Shown: in pieces, positions 22,180 through 31,994 of the stretch
How the letters are laid out: every line of letters starts with the position of its first letter
Position numbering within the stretch: position 1 is the first letter of the stretch
Origin: Planctomycetota bacterium
GTDB lineage: Bacteria > Planctomycetota > UBA1135 > UBA2386
Reading direction: 5' to 3'
NCBI GenBank assembly: GCA_965228735.1
Contig: OZ245838.1
Span: forward strand, 5,152,001 to 5,216,000
Length of the DNA: 64,000 nucleotides
The notes under the pieces: generated by a model
What the model was told of the DNA's origin: nothing
The model's input: the letters and a program-made list of their open reading frames with translations, nothing else
Databases searched by the model: none
Translations under genes and position numbers: made by a program

Positions 22180-25100
22180 ATGGCATCGGACCGGAACCCC
22201 GATGTGGTCGTCACCGCGTTTCTCGCCCAGGTCGAGACCGACATCGCCAACGGCATCACGCGCGACCTGCAGGAGTACCTGGCGCGGTACCCGGGCTACG
22301 AGCAGGAAGTCTCGGCGGCCTACGAACAGCTGTCGGAAGATCTCGTCGAAGACGAGTTCGAGCTCGCGGGTGAACTGAGCCCGGGCGACGCGTTCGCCGG
22401 CTACGAGATCCTCGCGGTGCGCGGCCGCGGCGGTCAGGGCGTCGTCTACGAGGCGAGCGACCCCGGGATGGGGCGCGCGATCGCGCTCAAGGTTCTGCAT
22501 CGTTCGCAGCTCTGGTCGCCGGCGGCGCATCAACGCTTCGCGCGCGAAGTGCACGTCATGGCGCGGCTCTCGCATCCGGGCATCACGCCGGTGTTCGCGC
22601 GTGGATTCGAAAACGGTCTGCCATGGGTCGCGATGGAACTGCTCGAAGGCGAGACGATCGGTGCGCGGCTGCAACGCCAACGCGAGGCCGGAGGGGGCGA
22701 CGAACGCGCGGGTTTCGTCGACTGGCGGCGGGCCGTGCGTTGGGTGCACGACGCCGCGGTGGCGGTGGCGCATGCGCAGTCCGCCGGCATTCTGCACCGC
22801 GATCTCAAGCCCGGTAACCTGTGGCTCGAGCACGGGGATCGCGTTCGGGTTCTCGACTTCGGGTTGGCGGTCGAGTTCGACGACGACGGGTCGAAGTCGG
22901 AGCTCACGATGAGCGGGGAGCACTTCGGAACGCCGGGCTACATGGCGCCCGAGCAGCTGAGCAACGACTTCGGCGATCCGACGACGGCGACCGACACGTT
23001 CGGGCTCGGCGTCGTGCTCTTCGAGGCCGTCGCGGCGCGCAAGCCGTTTCGCTCGACGAGCCTCGGAGCCTACGAGCGGGCCCTGCTCGCCGGCCCTCCG
23101 GACGTGCGGGCCGGCGCGCCGCAGTCCCTGCCGCGTGACCTCTCGGTCCTGCTCCGCGTCGCGCTCGCCACCCGTCCGAGTGAACGCTACGCGGACGCCG
23201 CCGCGCTCGCCGCGGACCTCGATCGCGTGCTCGAAGGGCGACCGATCCAGGCCGTGCCGCCGGGGCCGCTCGTGCGCGTCTGGCGCTGGGCGCAGCGCGA
23301 GACGAAGTTGGCCGTGGCGATCGCGGGCGCGTTCCTCGTGCTCCTCGGCAGTCTCGTCGCGGTGTCGGTTGCGTTCGCGCGGGCGGAGGCGAGTGCCTAC
23401 AGCTCGGCCGTTACCGCGGCCCGCGCGCTCGCGCAGAACGGCGACTTTGCGGAGGCTCGACGCGTGCTCGAGAACTGCCCCGAGTCGCAACGAGCCTGGT
23501 TGTACGAGCTGCTGCATCACGAGCTCTACAGCGGCCTCGAGTTGACGGACGAAGTTCGCGACGCCGTTGCGGCCGCGGTGGCGTCGCCGACCTTGCTCTC
23601 GACGAAGCACGAGGGCGAACGGCTCTTCTGCTCGTTTGCAGAGCAGACCATCGAGTTGCCGGTCGAGGAATGGGCCGAGCCCGTGTATGCGGTTGCCGCC
23701 GACGGGCGCGCGTTTGCCGTCGCGACGCGTCCGGCCTTCAGCGGTGCGGCGCGCTACCGGGTCGTCGGTGTCCGCGGCGACGGCGGCCTCGAGGTCGTGG
23801 CGGACTGGGTCCTGCAGCGCGCGGAGGCGAACGCGATCTCGTTCTCGGCCGATGGCCAGTGGCTCTGGGGTGCGACGAGCCACCCTGGCGAACGGGAGCG
23901 GCCGCGCCTCTACGCCTGGCGCATCTCTTGTGCCGCGGCCGGCAGGAACGCGGCGTTGGTCGAACGGATCCTCCCCGGCGCGCGGGTGTCCGCGCTGCTC
24001 GGCCTGCCGGACGGCAGCGTTGCGTTGGGGCGCCAGGACGGGGTCGTGGAGCTGGTAGCACTCGCGGAAGACATCGCGCCCGTGCCGATGGCGTTCCATG
24101 CGGCGCCGATCGGCCGGCTCGTGCGAACGCCGGTCGGGTTTGCCTCCGAGGACAACACCGGCTCGGTGCGGCGTTGGGATGTGACCCTGCGCGGTGCGGC
24201 GCGGCGGCTGGACATCGGGGAGCACGGCGTCTACGCGCTCCGCTGGCGCGAAGATCACGCCGTCGAGATCTGGACCTACAAGGGCTGCCGCGCCGTTTGG
24301 CGGCCCCGGGATCACATCCTGTTGCCGGTCGGAGACGTCGAGCGCCCTGCGGGGTCGCGCCGACCCGGTGCGAGCATCGAGCCGAAGCATCGTCGAGCCG
24401 AACATCCGACCGAGCCGATCGTCGCGACGGGCACCAGCGACGGCTTGCTCGCGTTGGCGTTCGATGGCCAGGCGGCGACCATGTCGTGGCGCACCGAGTC
24501 GGCCGGTGTCTCGGCGGTCGCATTCTCACCGGACGGCACGCACCTCGCCGTTGGGCATGACAACGGCGCAGTGGCGGTCTACAGCGCGGAGCGCTTTCGT
24601 TCGGGGCACGAGAACGAGGTCGCGGCGACCGAGCGCGCGTGGCAGCTGCGTGCCGAACTCGGCCACGATTTCGAACTCCTGCGCGACACGTTTGCGTTGG
24701 CGGGTCACGCCGACGCGGGGTTCGACGCGTGGGACGAGTTCGCTCGCCTTCGCCTTGGATGGCGCCGTGAGGGCAGGGTCTGGGATGTGTTGTGGGAGCT
24801 CGCCACGATCCCGTTCGCGCCGCGGGCGGTTCGGGAATGGTCCCTGGACCGAGTGCGGAGTGCCGTCGGTCCGAAGTGTCGGTTCCCTGGGATCGAGTTG
24901 GCTCTGTTCGAGGGCGCGCTGCGACTCGACCGCCTCGACGAGGCCGCTGCGATGCTCGACGCCGGGTTGGTCGTCAGCCCCGGTTCGCAGCTGTTGTTCC
25001 ACGCCAGGCGTGGCACTCCGCCGACGCCCGAGGAGCTCGCCGAACTGGAGGCCTCGCATCCTGTGCGGGTCGAGTTGGTGGCGCGGCAGGACCGGGTCGG

Positions 25101-25641
25101 CACATTGGCGTGGGAGTGGCTCACGCGGACCACTGGCGATGGCGTCAGGTGGTCGGACGTGCTGGATCGTCTGAAGTCGGCCGAGGATCTGCCGGTCGAG
25201 GCCCGCGCGCGCGCAGCCGAGATCTTCACCGCGAGTATCGACGACCACGTCCGAGCCAGCTTGGAACGGACGTGTGCCGCGTTCTTCAGAGCACCCGAGC
25301 TGCCGGCCGTGCTGGCAGATTCCCTCCGGCAGTGGGCCGAGATCGTCGGGAGCAAACCGACTCCGCGCGCACGGTCGATCCACGCGGCCGTGCTGCTGCG
25401 GGCGGGCGATGCCCGGGGTGCGCTCGACGTGCTCGAGAGCTTCGCCGCGCCGGACTTCGACTGGGCCGCGGCCGAAACGCTCGGGGTCGCCGTCTACGCG
25501 CTGGCCCAGCTCGAATCCGAGAACGTCGAAGCGGCTCGGAGGTGGCGCGACCGGTTGCTCCTGCGGTGGTCGAAGCCGGATGCCCGCGACAGTCCCCAGG
25601 CAGCATTCGCCCTGCACGAGCTGGCGCGGAAGCTGCGGTAA
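22180..25641 (+). CDS. Ser/Thr protein kinase with TM segment and WD40-like repeats
   Basis: GRGGQGVV, IALK, HRDLKPGN, DFG, GTPGYMAPE, then VAFSPDGTHLAVGHDNG WD40-like repeats. Confidence 0.9.
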   Translation: MASDRNPDVVVTAFLAQVETDIANGITRDLQEYLARYPGYEQEVSAAYEQLSEDLVEDEFELAGELSPGDAFAGYEILAVRGRGGQGVVYEASDPGMGRAIALKVLHRSQLWSPAAHQRFAREVHVMARLSHPGITPVFARGFENGLPWVAMELLEGETIGARLQRQREAGGGDERAGFVDWRRAVRWVHDAAVAVAHAQSAGILHRDLKPGNLWLEHGDRVRVLDFGLAVEFDDDGSKSELTMSGEHFGTPGYMAPEQLSNDFGDPTTATDTFGLGVVLFEAVAARKPFRSTSLGAYERALLAGPPDVRAGAPQSLPRDLSVLLRVALATRPSERYADAAALAADLDRVLEGRPIQAVPPGPLVRVWRWAQRETKLAVAIAGAFLVLLGSLVAVSVAFARAEASAYSSAVTAARALAQNGDFAEARRVLENCPESQRAWLYELLHHELYSGLELTDEVRDAVAAAVASPTLLSTKHEGERLFCSFAEQTIELPVEEWAEPVYAVAADGRAFAVATRPAFSGAARYRVVGVRGDGGLEVVADWVLQRAEANAISFSADGQWLWGATSHPGERERPRLYAWRISCAAAGRNAALVERILPGARVSALLGLPDGSVALGRQDGVVELVALAEDIAPVPMAFHAAPIGRLVRTPVGFASEDNTGSVRRWDVTLRGAARRLDIGEHGVYALRWREDHAVEIWTYKGCRAVWRPRDHILLPVGDVERPAGSRRPGASIEPKHRRAEHPTEPIVATGTSDGLLALAFDGQAATMSWRTESAGVSAVAFSPDGTHLAVGHDNGAVAVYSAERFRSGHENEVAATERAWQLRAELGHDFELLRDTFALAGHADAGFDAWDEFARLRLGWRREGRVWDVLWELATIPFAPRAVREWSLDRVRSAVGPKCRFPGIELALFEGALRLDRLDEAAAMLDAGLVVSPGSQLLFHARRGTPPTPEELAELEASHPVRVELVARQDRVGTLAWEWLTRTTGDGVRWSDVLDRLKSAEDLPVEARARAAEIFTASIDDHVRASLERTCAAFFRAPELPAVLADSLRQWAEIVGSKPTPRARSIHAAVLLRAGDARGALDVLESFAAPDFDWAAAETLGVAVYALAQLESENVEAARRWRDRLLLRWSKPDARDSPQAAFALHELARKLR

Positions 25642-26113
25642 TCCACTGTCAGCGAGAGACTTGAAGAGGAAGCCGAAACGCTCTCAGAAGCCGTAACCGC
25701 GAAAAATCGAGAATTCCGCGGCGGTCCCGTCACCAACCGCCCGCTCCCGGCATTAGACCTCCGTGAGCCAGTCTCGTCGCCAGCTCCGAACGCCAGCCCG
25801 ATCCGCGCCTACGCGGCATCGCCCCCCGTTCGGCCCGACCGACCGCTCCCACGGCACAACGCGGACGACCCTCGCCCTTGCCTCAGTTGGCGTTTGGTCG
25901 CGGAATGGAAGGACGGGAAGAAGGAGAGTCGCGAGGGGAATGAGTCGGTAGCGGCCCGCGTTGAGTTGCGCCGTGGGGCCGGGGAATCCCCACGACGCGG
26001 CCCACCGTGAGCCGCTGCCTGCTCGCTTTTTTTGGTGCAGTTGCTACTGTGCCCGGTCCCCGTGATGTCGGGTCCGTGTGACATGGACCTGGCGTCGAAT
26101 TGACTGACCAAGT

Positions 26114-26190
26114 CGGAGCGTAGCGCAGCCTGGTAGCGCACCTGCATGGGGTGCAGGGGGTCGGAGGTTCAAATCCTCTCGCTCCGACCA
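26114..26190 (+). tRNA. tRNA-Pro(GGG), probable integration site
   Basis: Acceptor stem CGGAGCG/CGCTCCG with encoded CCA, D arm GCGCAGCCTGGTAGCGC, anticodon arm CCTGC-ATGGGGT-GCAGG, T loop GGTTCAAATCC. Confidence 0.97.
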
Positions 26191-26314
26191 CTTCCTTTCG
26201 GATACACCTAATTTGCCGAGCGGGACTTATGTCCTGCACCTGACCAAGGGGTCAGCGCGGCTCCCGATGCAAAAGGTCGAAATTCGACCTTTTCCAACCT
26301 CGGAGCACCGCGCG

Positions 26315-27538
26315 ATGAGCAACCAAGGACCCCGACTGCTGCGTAGCAAGGACGGCTACGCCTACTCCAAGTTCAACGGCCGCAAGATCAACTTCGGTCG
26401 CCACGACGACCCCGACGCCAAGTTCCGCTTCGACGCCTTCAAGGCGCGGTGGCTGTTGAACGGGCGCGAGCTCACCGACGACATGCTGCCGACGCGCGCT
26501 GTTCGTCGTGACGCGATGACCGTCGACCAGCTCGCCGAGACGTTCCTCGCGCACGTACGCGAGCGCTACGACGCGGACTGGCAGCGATGCAACTACTACC
26601 GCATCGAGCACGGCTTGAAGCCGATGCGCGAACTCTATGGCCCTGATGCCGCCGAGTCGTTTACCCCGAAGAAGCTGCAGGCCGTGCGGCGACACATGAT
26701 CGATGGCGGTCGCCTCTCGCGCGGCGAGATCAACCGACGCGTGCTCGAGATTCGCCGGTGCTTCACGTGGGCTGTCGCGGAAGAGCTCGTTCCCGGTGAT
26801 CGCGCGCATGCGCTGGCGGCCGTGAAGGGGCTGCGACCGGGGGAGTATGGAGTGCGCGACACCGAGAAGGTGCGGCCAGTCGAGCGCGCTGCTGTCGACG
26901 CGACGCTGCCATTTCTAACGAGGCCACTCACCGCGCTCGTTGAGCTCATGTGGTGGAGCGGGGCGCGACCAAGCGAACTGTTCGGCCTCCGACCGGTGGA
27001 TATCGACCGGTCTGGCGAAGCCTGGGTCGTGCAACTGAAGAAGCACAAGACCGCGAAGAAAGGAAAGAGGCGCGAGCTCTACTTCGGACCCGAGGCGCAA
27101 CGTGTCCTCCGGCCGTTCCTGCGGCGTGCGAAGGGCCAGGTCCTGTTCTCGCCAGCCGAGTCAGTTGCGGAGATGGAGCAGCGCAAGCGGATGAAGCGCA
27201 CGACTCCGCTGTATCGCTCGCATGTTGCTCGCTACGAGCGGGAGCGAGACGAGCGGCCGGATCGCAAGTTCGACGAGACCTTCTCAGCGAGGACGTTCAA
27301 CCGAGCGATTACTCGAGCTGTGAAGCAGGCGAACCGGGGGCGTGCGGAAGACGGTCTCGAACCGATCCCGAACTGGTCGCCCTACCAGTTACGCCACGCT
27401 GCAGCGACGCGCATCCGCGAGCAGTTCGGCATCGAGATGGTGCGCGTGCTACTCGGGCACAGCAGTGCGACGATGGCGGAACACTACGCGGAGATCGATC
27501 TGCGGAAGGCGAGGAGCGTCATGGAGCAGGCCGGGTAG
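26315..27538 (+). CDS. Tyrosine recombinase/integrase
   Basis: GARPSEL (Arg I), HKT (Lys), YQLRH (box II), LLGHS...HYA (His/Tyr). ATG 26315 has GGAG upstream. Confidence 0.93.
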   Translation: MSNQGPRLLRSKDGYAYSKFNGRKINFGRHDDPDAKFRFDAFKARWLLNGRELTDDMLPTRAVRRDAMTVDQLAETFLAHVRERYDADWQRCNYYRIEHGLKPMRELYGPDAAESFTPKKLQAVRRHMIDGGRLSRGEINRRVLEIRRCFTWAVAEELVPGDRAHALAAVKGLRPGEYGVRDTEKVRPVERAAVDATLPFLTRPLTALVELMWWSGARPSELFGLRPVDIDRSGEAWVVQLKKHKTAKKGKRRELYFGPEAQRVLRPFLRRAKGQVLFSPAESVAEMEQRKRMKRTTPLYRSHVARYERERDERPDRKFDETFSARTFNRAITRAVKQANRGRAEDGLEPIPNWSPYQLRHAAATRIREQFGIEMVRVLLGHSSATMAEHYAEIDLRKARSVMEQAG

Positions 27539-27553
27539 TGGTAGGATTGCGAA

Positions 27554-27997
27554 GTGGTATCCAAGAAGACCAAACGGCCAAAATTCGTCTCATACGACGT
27601 CCCAGGTCCTGATCCGCGGGAGTATCTGCTCAGCTCGGATGACCGGCGCCGCCTTGACGCGGCCGTCGAATACCTGGAGGTCGCGAAGCGCGACGGCGAC
27701 GAGGTCGTCATCGGGAGAGCAAAAGACCAGCTCGTTGATGCGATGCTAGGTGGGGTCTCGAAGTGGCGCGGGTGGGTCTTCGCGTACGCGACATCTGAGG
27801 CGAAGTTCGATCAAGAGGATGTGCCGGAGATCGAGCGCTGGCTTCGTCCGCTTGGGTTCGAAGGCCGGGTCACGGAGTCCAGACTCCGCAAGTTCCTCGA
27901 TCGAAACCGGATTCTGGACATCCCACGTCGTGAGGGAGGGAGCCGCCCGCTGATCGGGACGGATGTCGAGTGGAGTGTCCGTCGCACGCGCAAGTAG
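27554..27997 (+). CDS. Hypothetical protein (147 aa) directly after the integrase
   Basis: Normal protein-like composition, 15 bp after the int stop. Confidence 0.6.
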   Translation: MVSKKTKRPKFVSYDVPGPDPREYLLSSDDRRRLDAAVEYLEVAKRDGDEVVIGRAKDQLVDAMLGGVSKWRGWVFAYATSEAKFDQEDVPEIERWLRPLGFEGRVTESRLRKFLDRNRILDIPRREGGSRPLIGTDVEWSVRRTRK

Positions 27998-28177
27998 GCG
28001 GTTGCATCGCATTGCTACGAGTCGCTACGCTGCCATGGCGCAGCCTGCGCGCCGAGGTCGATAACTCCGGAGGACCTCGGTTCAGCACTCGTGGCGAAAC
28101 GGCCGGAGGCGGCCGACCCGGAGACTAAGTAACCGCGACAGACCCTAGCCGGACGCTCCGCGTCCGGGAGGTATGTC

Positions 28178-28477
28178 GTGGAGACTGTCTCGGATTCGAT
28201 TCTGTGTGTGCTCCCCGATGAGGAGCACGACCGCCTCATCAGGCTCCTGAAGGATGGGCCGCCGGTCGTCGAGAAGCTGACGGGCCGTCGCCCGGATAGG
28301 TCCGTCCTGTGGCGGCAATCCGTCCGTGGCATCGCGGGGGTGACCCTGAAGACGGTGTCCGTTGGACGTTGCCTCATGACGACGCCGCGCTGGCTCGTCG
28401 AGTTCTGGGTCGCTGTCGACGCCGCGCGCCGCAAGAAGCGGGGGAAGCAGGTCCGTCCTCGGCGAGGGAGGCGGTGA
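28178..28477 (+). CDS. DUF1580-like (excisionase/AlpA-like HTH) protein
   Basis: RPDRSVLWRQSVRGIAGVTLKTVSVGRCLMTT..WL.EF resembles DUF1580 proteins. SD GGGAGG. Confidence 0.7.
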   Translation: METVSDSILCVLPDEEHDRLIRLLKDGPPVVEKLTGRRPDRSVLWRQSVRGIAGVTLKTVSVGRCLMTTPRWLVEFWVAVDAARRKKRGKQVRPRRGRR

Positions 28478-28478
28478 G

Positions 28479-28916
28479 ATGTCGACCATCTTCCGCGGCC
28501 CGACCCGCGGCTACCACGTCAACGTCTGGGCCTACCTGCTCGAGCTGCTCGTGTCGTCCGCGTTCGTCGTACTCAGTGTCGACGGCGGCCTCACGGCGCA
28601 CGACGCGGACCGGTTCGCGCAGAAGTCGGTGTGGCCGGTCGCGACCATCCGAGAAGCGTTCCGTCATCTGACTCAGCTCGGACTCGTTTCGTTCGAACGC
28701 CAAGAAGGTGGCGCGATGACGGCTGCAGCGAACCTCGCGCGTCTCCGTGGACTGCTGCGCCAGGAGCGAGAGCTCGAACAGCGTGGCAAGACCGAGTCGA
28801 GGGACATCCCGGTTCTGCACTACTTCCGGTCGCGCAGGCTTTGCGCGCGGGTGCATTGGCTGGATCGACTCATCACACCAGTCGAGGACGAGGAGGTCGA
28901 ACGTGAACGCAGCTAG
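28479..28916 (+). CDS. Hypothetical protein, possible winged helix
   Basis: Coupled to neighbours. TIREAFRHLTQLGLV resembles a wHTH recognition helix and wing. Confidence 0.55.
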   Translation: MSTIFRGPTRGYHVNVWAYLLELLVSSAFVVLSVDGGLTAHDADRFAQKSVWPVATIREAFRHLTQLGLVSFERQEGGAMTAAANLARLRGLLRQERELEQRGKTESRDIPVLHYFRSRRLCARVHWLDRLITPVEDEEVERERS

Positions 28917-29820
28917 GTTTCCCGAGGACGGCCGAGGAGGACTCACCGAGGTGTCGAGGACGAAGCCCTGCCCGGTGTGCGGCAAGCCAGACTGGTGCTC
29001 ACGATCCGCGGATGGCGGACTCGTCATCTGCATGCGTGAGGCCGAGGGCTCGAAGCGAGTTATCAAGACGGGGCCGCCGGGCTGGGTGCACGTCTTCAGA
29101 GTCAGCGCGGCGGCTGCGCGGTCGCGTCCGATTCCTCGTTCTGTGCCGAAGCGAACGGCTGACTGGGGACCTGCTGCCGCGCGGTATCAGGGAGAACTCA
29201 CAGGGCCGCGCGCCGAGGCCTGGGCAACGGGACTCGGTCTGCCCGCGGAGCTCGGGAGTGTTGCGTTACGCCAGCTGGGTTGCGGTCGGATGGTTGACCG
29301 ATGGGGCGAGAGCTGGGCGACGTTTCCGATGCACTCGGGAAGACTGAAAGCCATAGGGATCCGACGACGATGCCTTCGCGACGGCAAGAAGCTCACGATC
29401 AAAGGCGGCCAGCATGGGCTCTTCCTTGACCCGTCAGTCCGTCCTGCTCAGACCCTCTACGTTGTCGAGGGCGCGACAGATGCTGGTGCATTGCTCACTG
29501 CTCTTCCAGGTAGCGCGGTGATCGGAAGGCCGAGCTGTAGCGGCGGCCTCGACCATCTCGCTGAGTTACTTCGCTTCCGCCGGTTTGGCCGCGTCGAGAT
29601 CATTCCCGACGCAGACAGGCCAGGTCTCATGGGCGCGCAACGCTGCGCGGAAGAGCTGTGCCGCGAGTTCTCGAACATCTACCTGGCGCCGGCTCCCCCG
29701 ACCAAAGACCTGCGAGACCTTGTCCGGGCGAGCGGGGTGAGGGCAGCTAGCGACTGGCTCATGTCTTTGGTCAATCGCTCCAAGCCAATCCGCCTGCACT
29801 TCGCTGGGAAGCCGAGGTGA
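28903..29820 (+). CDS. Primase: zinc-binding domain plus TOPRIM
   Basis: CPVCGKPDWC...VICMR zinc finger, VVEGATD and PDADRPG TOPRIM motifs, KDLRD. GTG 28903 has SD GAGGAGG. Confidence 0.85.
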   Translation: MNAARFPEDGRGGLTEVSRTKPCPVCGKPDWCSRSADGGLVICMREAEGSKRVIKTGPPGWVHVFRVSAAAARSRPIPRSVPKRTADWGPAAARYQGELTGPRAEAWATGLGLPAELGSVALRQLGCGRMVDRWGESWATFPMHSGRLKAIGIRRRCLRDGKKLTIKGGQHGLFLDPSVRPAQTLYVVEGATDAGALLTALPGSAVIGRPSCSGGLDHLAELLRFRRFGRVEIIPDADRPGLMGAQRCAEELCREFSNIYLAPAPPTKDLRDLVRASGVRAASDWLMSLVNRSKPIRLHFAGKPR

Positions 29821-29821
29821 A

Positions 29822-31699
29822 ATGACCACTGAGAAGGAACCTGAGGAGCCGGGCGAGGAGCAGCTAGGCGAAGGTCATCACGACCCGGGGCAGGTCGGCT
29901 TCGAGGTTCGCGAGCGGCAGGGCAATCAGCTCGTCGTTGCGGCGGTGACAGCCGGCGGGGCGCTCTTGTTCGTCGACAAGGTGAACCCGAGCTCCAGTAG
30001 ATCTCGCAGCGCTTATCTGAAGGCCATGGTGAAGGAGGTGCCGGGGCTCGGTGGCAAGGTGCCGGAGGGTGCGCGCGTTCGGCTGGCCGGGGTGTGCTTG
30101 AAGCACGACGGGGTGCGCGGCGCAGGCGAAGTCGATGCCGACGTAGAAGGTGGAGGCATCGGTTCTCTGGCTGAATTGTCATCTGAGGAAATCAACGAAC
30201 GGATCGATGCCGCGATTGCAGGTCGCGAAGCGACGCTCGACGCTCATGTCGCCGCCCTGGATCAAAAGAAGAAGGACGCGGCGATCAAGCTAGGGCAGTC
30301 GCCGAGCCTGCTTTCAGACCAAGTCGATCTCATCGAGCAGCTAGGACACGTCGGTGAGCGAGCGAACTCCGCATTGCTTCTTCTCGGCTATTGCACCTGC
30401 AGGTTGAGGAAGCCGCTCCACGTTCTGGTCAAAGGCAGTTCATCGTCCGGCAAATCGCATCTTTGCGAGATATGCAGCAAGATCCTGCCGCCTGAGCTCG
30501 TGTTCCACCTCACCGCGATGAGCGAGAAGTTCCTCGCATACCTTCCGGAGGCCGCGCTAAGTGGCAAAGTGGTCATCCTTGGCGAAAGGCCACTCGGGGA
30601 TGAGGAGGAGGTTGCGTCGAGGAACAAGCTGATGCGCGAGATGATCAGTCAGCAGTTTGTGACGCACGGCACGGTCGAGGGAGGGCGAGACAGCAAGAAC
30701 CAAGGAGTGCTGAAACTTGTGCTAGGGCCGATTGCATCGTCTGAAACCACGACCAAGATCGACATCTTCGACGAGGACGAGAATCGGAAAATCCCAATCG
30801 ATGTCGACCAGAGTGATCGTCAGACCCGAATCGTCATCACTCACCAGGCTGAGGCGCTTGCAGGCAACGTGACCCAGGCTGATCCGGCGCGCATCGAGGC
30901 GTCTCACAACCTGATCAGGATGCTGAAGCGGCCGAGCCACATTCGCGTGCCCTTCGCGCCGTTGGTTGGTTTTTCGTTCCCAGCGAACCGTGTAGAGGCC
31001 CGGCGCGTGCACGAGCAATTTGGCTTGCTTGTCCAGGCCAGTGCGTTGCTCCATCAGATGCAGAGGGAGGCTGTCGACGAGAACGGCGACAAGGTCGAAT
31101 GGAGTGCGCGGGCGCATGGCTCGCACACCCTCCTGGCCGATCCGCGCGATTACGTGATTGCCGCAGCGCTCATACAGCACAGCATCGGCCGAGCGCTCAA
31201 CAAGGGTCTGTCTCCAAACGACAAGCTATGCCTCCGCAGAATCGAGGGGTGGTGCGCCGGCGTCGAATCGGGCCAGAAGATCGGTGAGTTCTCGACGCCG
31301 GAGTTCCGGGCCATGGCGCGTGAGCAGACCGGAAAAGACATGGACTCGAGTAACGCACGAAAGCTGCTTGGCAGGCTGGTCGATTTCGGCGCGTTGATTC
31401 AGACGCAGCAAGGTGGCGACAATCGTCCGAACAAGTACCGGCTACCCGACCCTGAGGAGTCGGCGCCTGGGGGCGGCTGGGCTCTGCCGGCCTCGTATGA
31501 AGATCTCTGTGGTGCCTACGAAGCGGCGACGCACGCCGAAGTGCCTGATCACCTGTCGCCAGCAGCCTTCCGGGACCAGGACTGGTGGCCTCAGATCGCT
31601 GACCTCGCGAGCCAGTGGGGCTCAATGGCCGGAGTTGACCTCTCAGCGGATGACGACGGCGAGGACGAGGGGGAGGTAGAGGCGGGTTTCGGTCTCTGA
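29822..31699 (+). CDS. Primase-associated AAA+ ATPase/helicase-like protein with C-terminal wHTH
   Basis: Walker A KGSSSSGKSH, Walker B-like VVILGE, ETTT sensor, DEDENR arginine-finger-like motif, ARKLLGRLVDFGAL wHTH. 1 bp after the primase stop. Confidence 0.75.
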   Translation: MTTEKEPEEPGEEQLGEGHHDPGQVGFEVRERQGNQLVVAAVTAGGALLFVDKVNPSSSRSRSAYLKAMVKEVPGLGGKVPEGARVRLAGVCLKHDGVRGAGEVDADVEGGGIGSLAELSSEEINERIDAAIAGREATLDAHVAALDQKKKDAAIKLGQSPSLLSDQVDLIEQLGHVGERANSALLLLGYCTCRLRKPLHVLVKGSSSSGKSHLCEICSKILPPELVFHLTAMSEKFLAYLPEAALSGKVVILGERPLGDEEEVASRNKLMREMISQQFVTHGTVEGGRDSKNQGVLKLVLGPIASSETTTKIDIFDEDENRKIPIDVDQSDRQTRIVITHQAEALAGNVTQADPARIEASHNLIRMLKRPSHIRVPFAPLVGFSFPANRVEARRVHEQFGLLVQASALLHQMQREAVDENGDKVEWSARAHGSHTLLADPRDYVIAAALIQHSIGRALNKGLSPNDKLCLRRIEGWCAGVESGQKIGEFSTPEFRAMAREQTGKDMDSSNARKLLGRLVDFGALIQTQQGGDNRPNKYRLPDPEESAPGGGWALPASYEDLCGAYEAATHAEVPDHLSPAAFRDQDWWPQIADLASQWGSMAGVDLSADDDGEDEGEVEAGFGL

Positions 31700-31750
31700 T
31701 ACCCGGCTCCGGTCGTGTTACCGCAGAGTTTACGGCAGAATCGCGGGGGT

Positions 31751-31994
31751 CGGGTAGGCGGGTATCTGCTACGCGCAGACGCACACAAAGCGCGCGAACT
31801 GCGGACCCAGGAGTCGGTAAACTGAAAACGCAATAGGTCAAAACTCGATACCTACCTACCCGCCTGATGTGGTTGAGCGCTTGGTCTATACCCGCCTACC
31901 CGCCTCGGAATCGTGGTCGCTAATGGGCGCTTTCGCAATGACTTAGAGAAGAGCAGGGCGGGTATACCTCCCTCGCACCCGCCTCTACCCGCCT
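31751..31994. repeat. Cluster of TACCCGCC octamer repeats (iteron-like, putative origin)
   Basis: Perfect copies at 31857, 31889, 31897, 31986 (+) and 31757, 31957 (-). Variants at 31751 and 31976. Confidence 0.8.

Noticed and set aside
31751..31994. Repeat cluster as a CRISPR array
   Set aside because: Units are 8 bp, in both orientations, with irregular gaps overall, and no cas genes were recognised.
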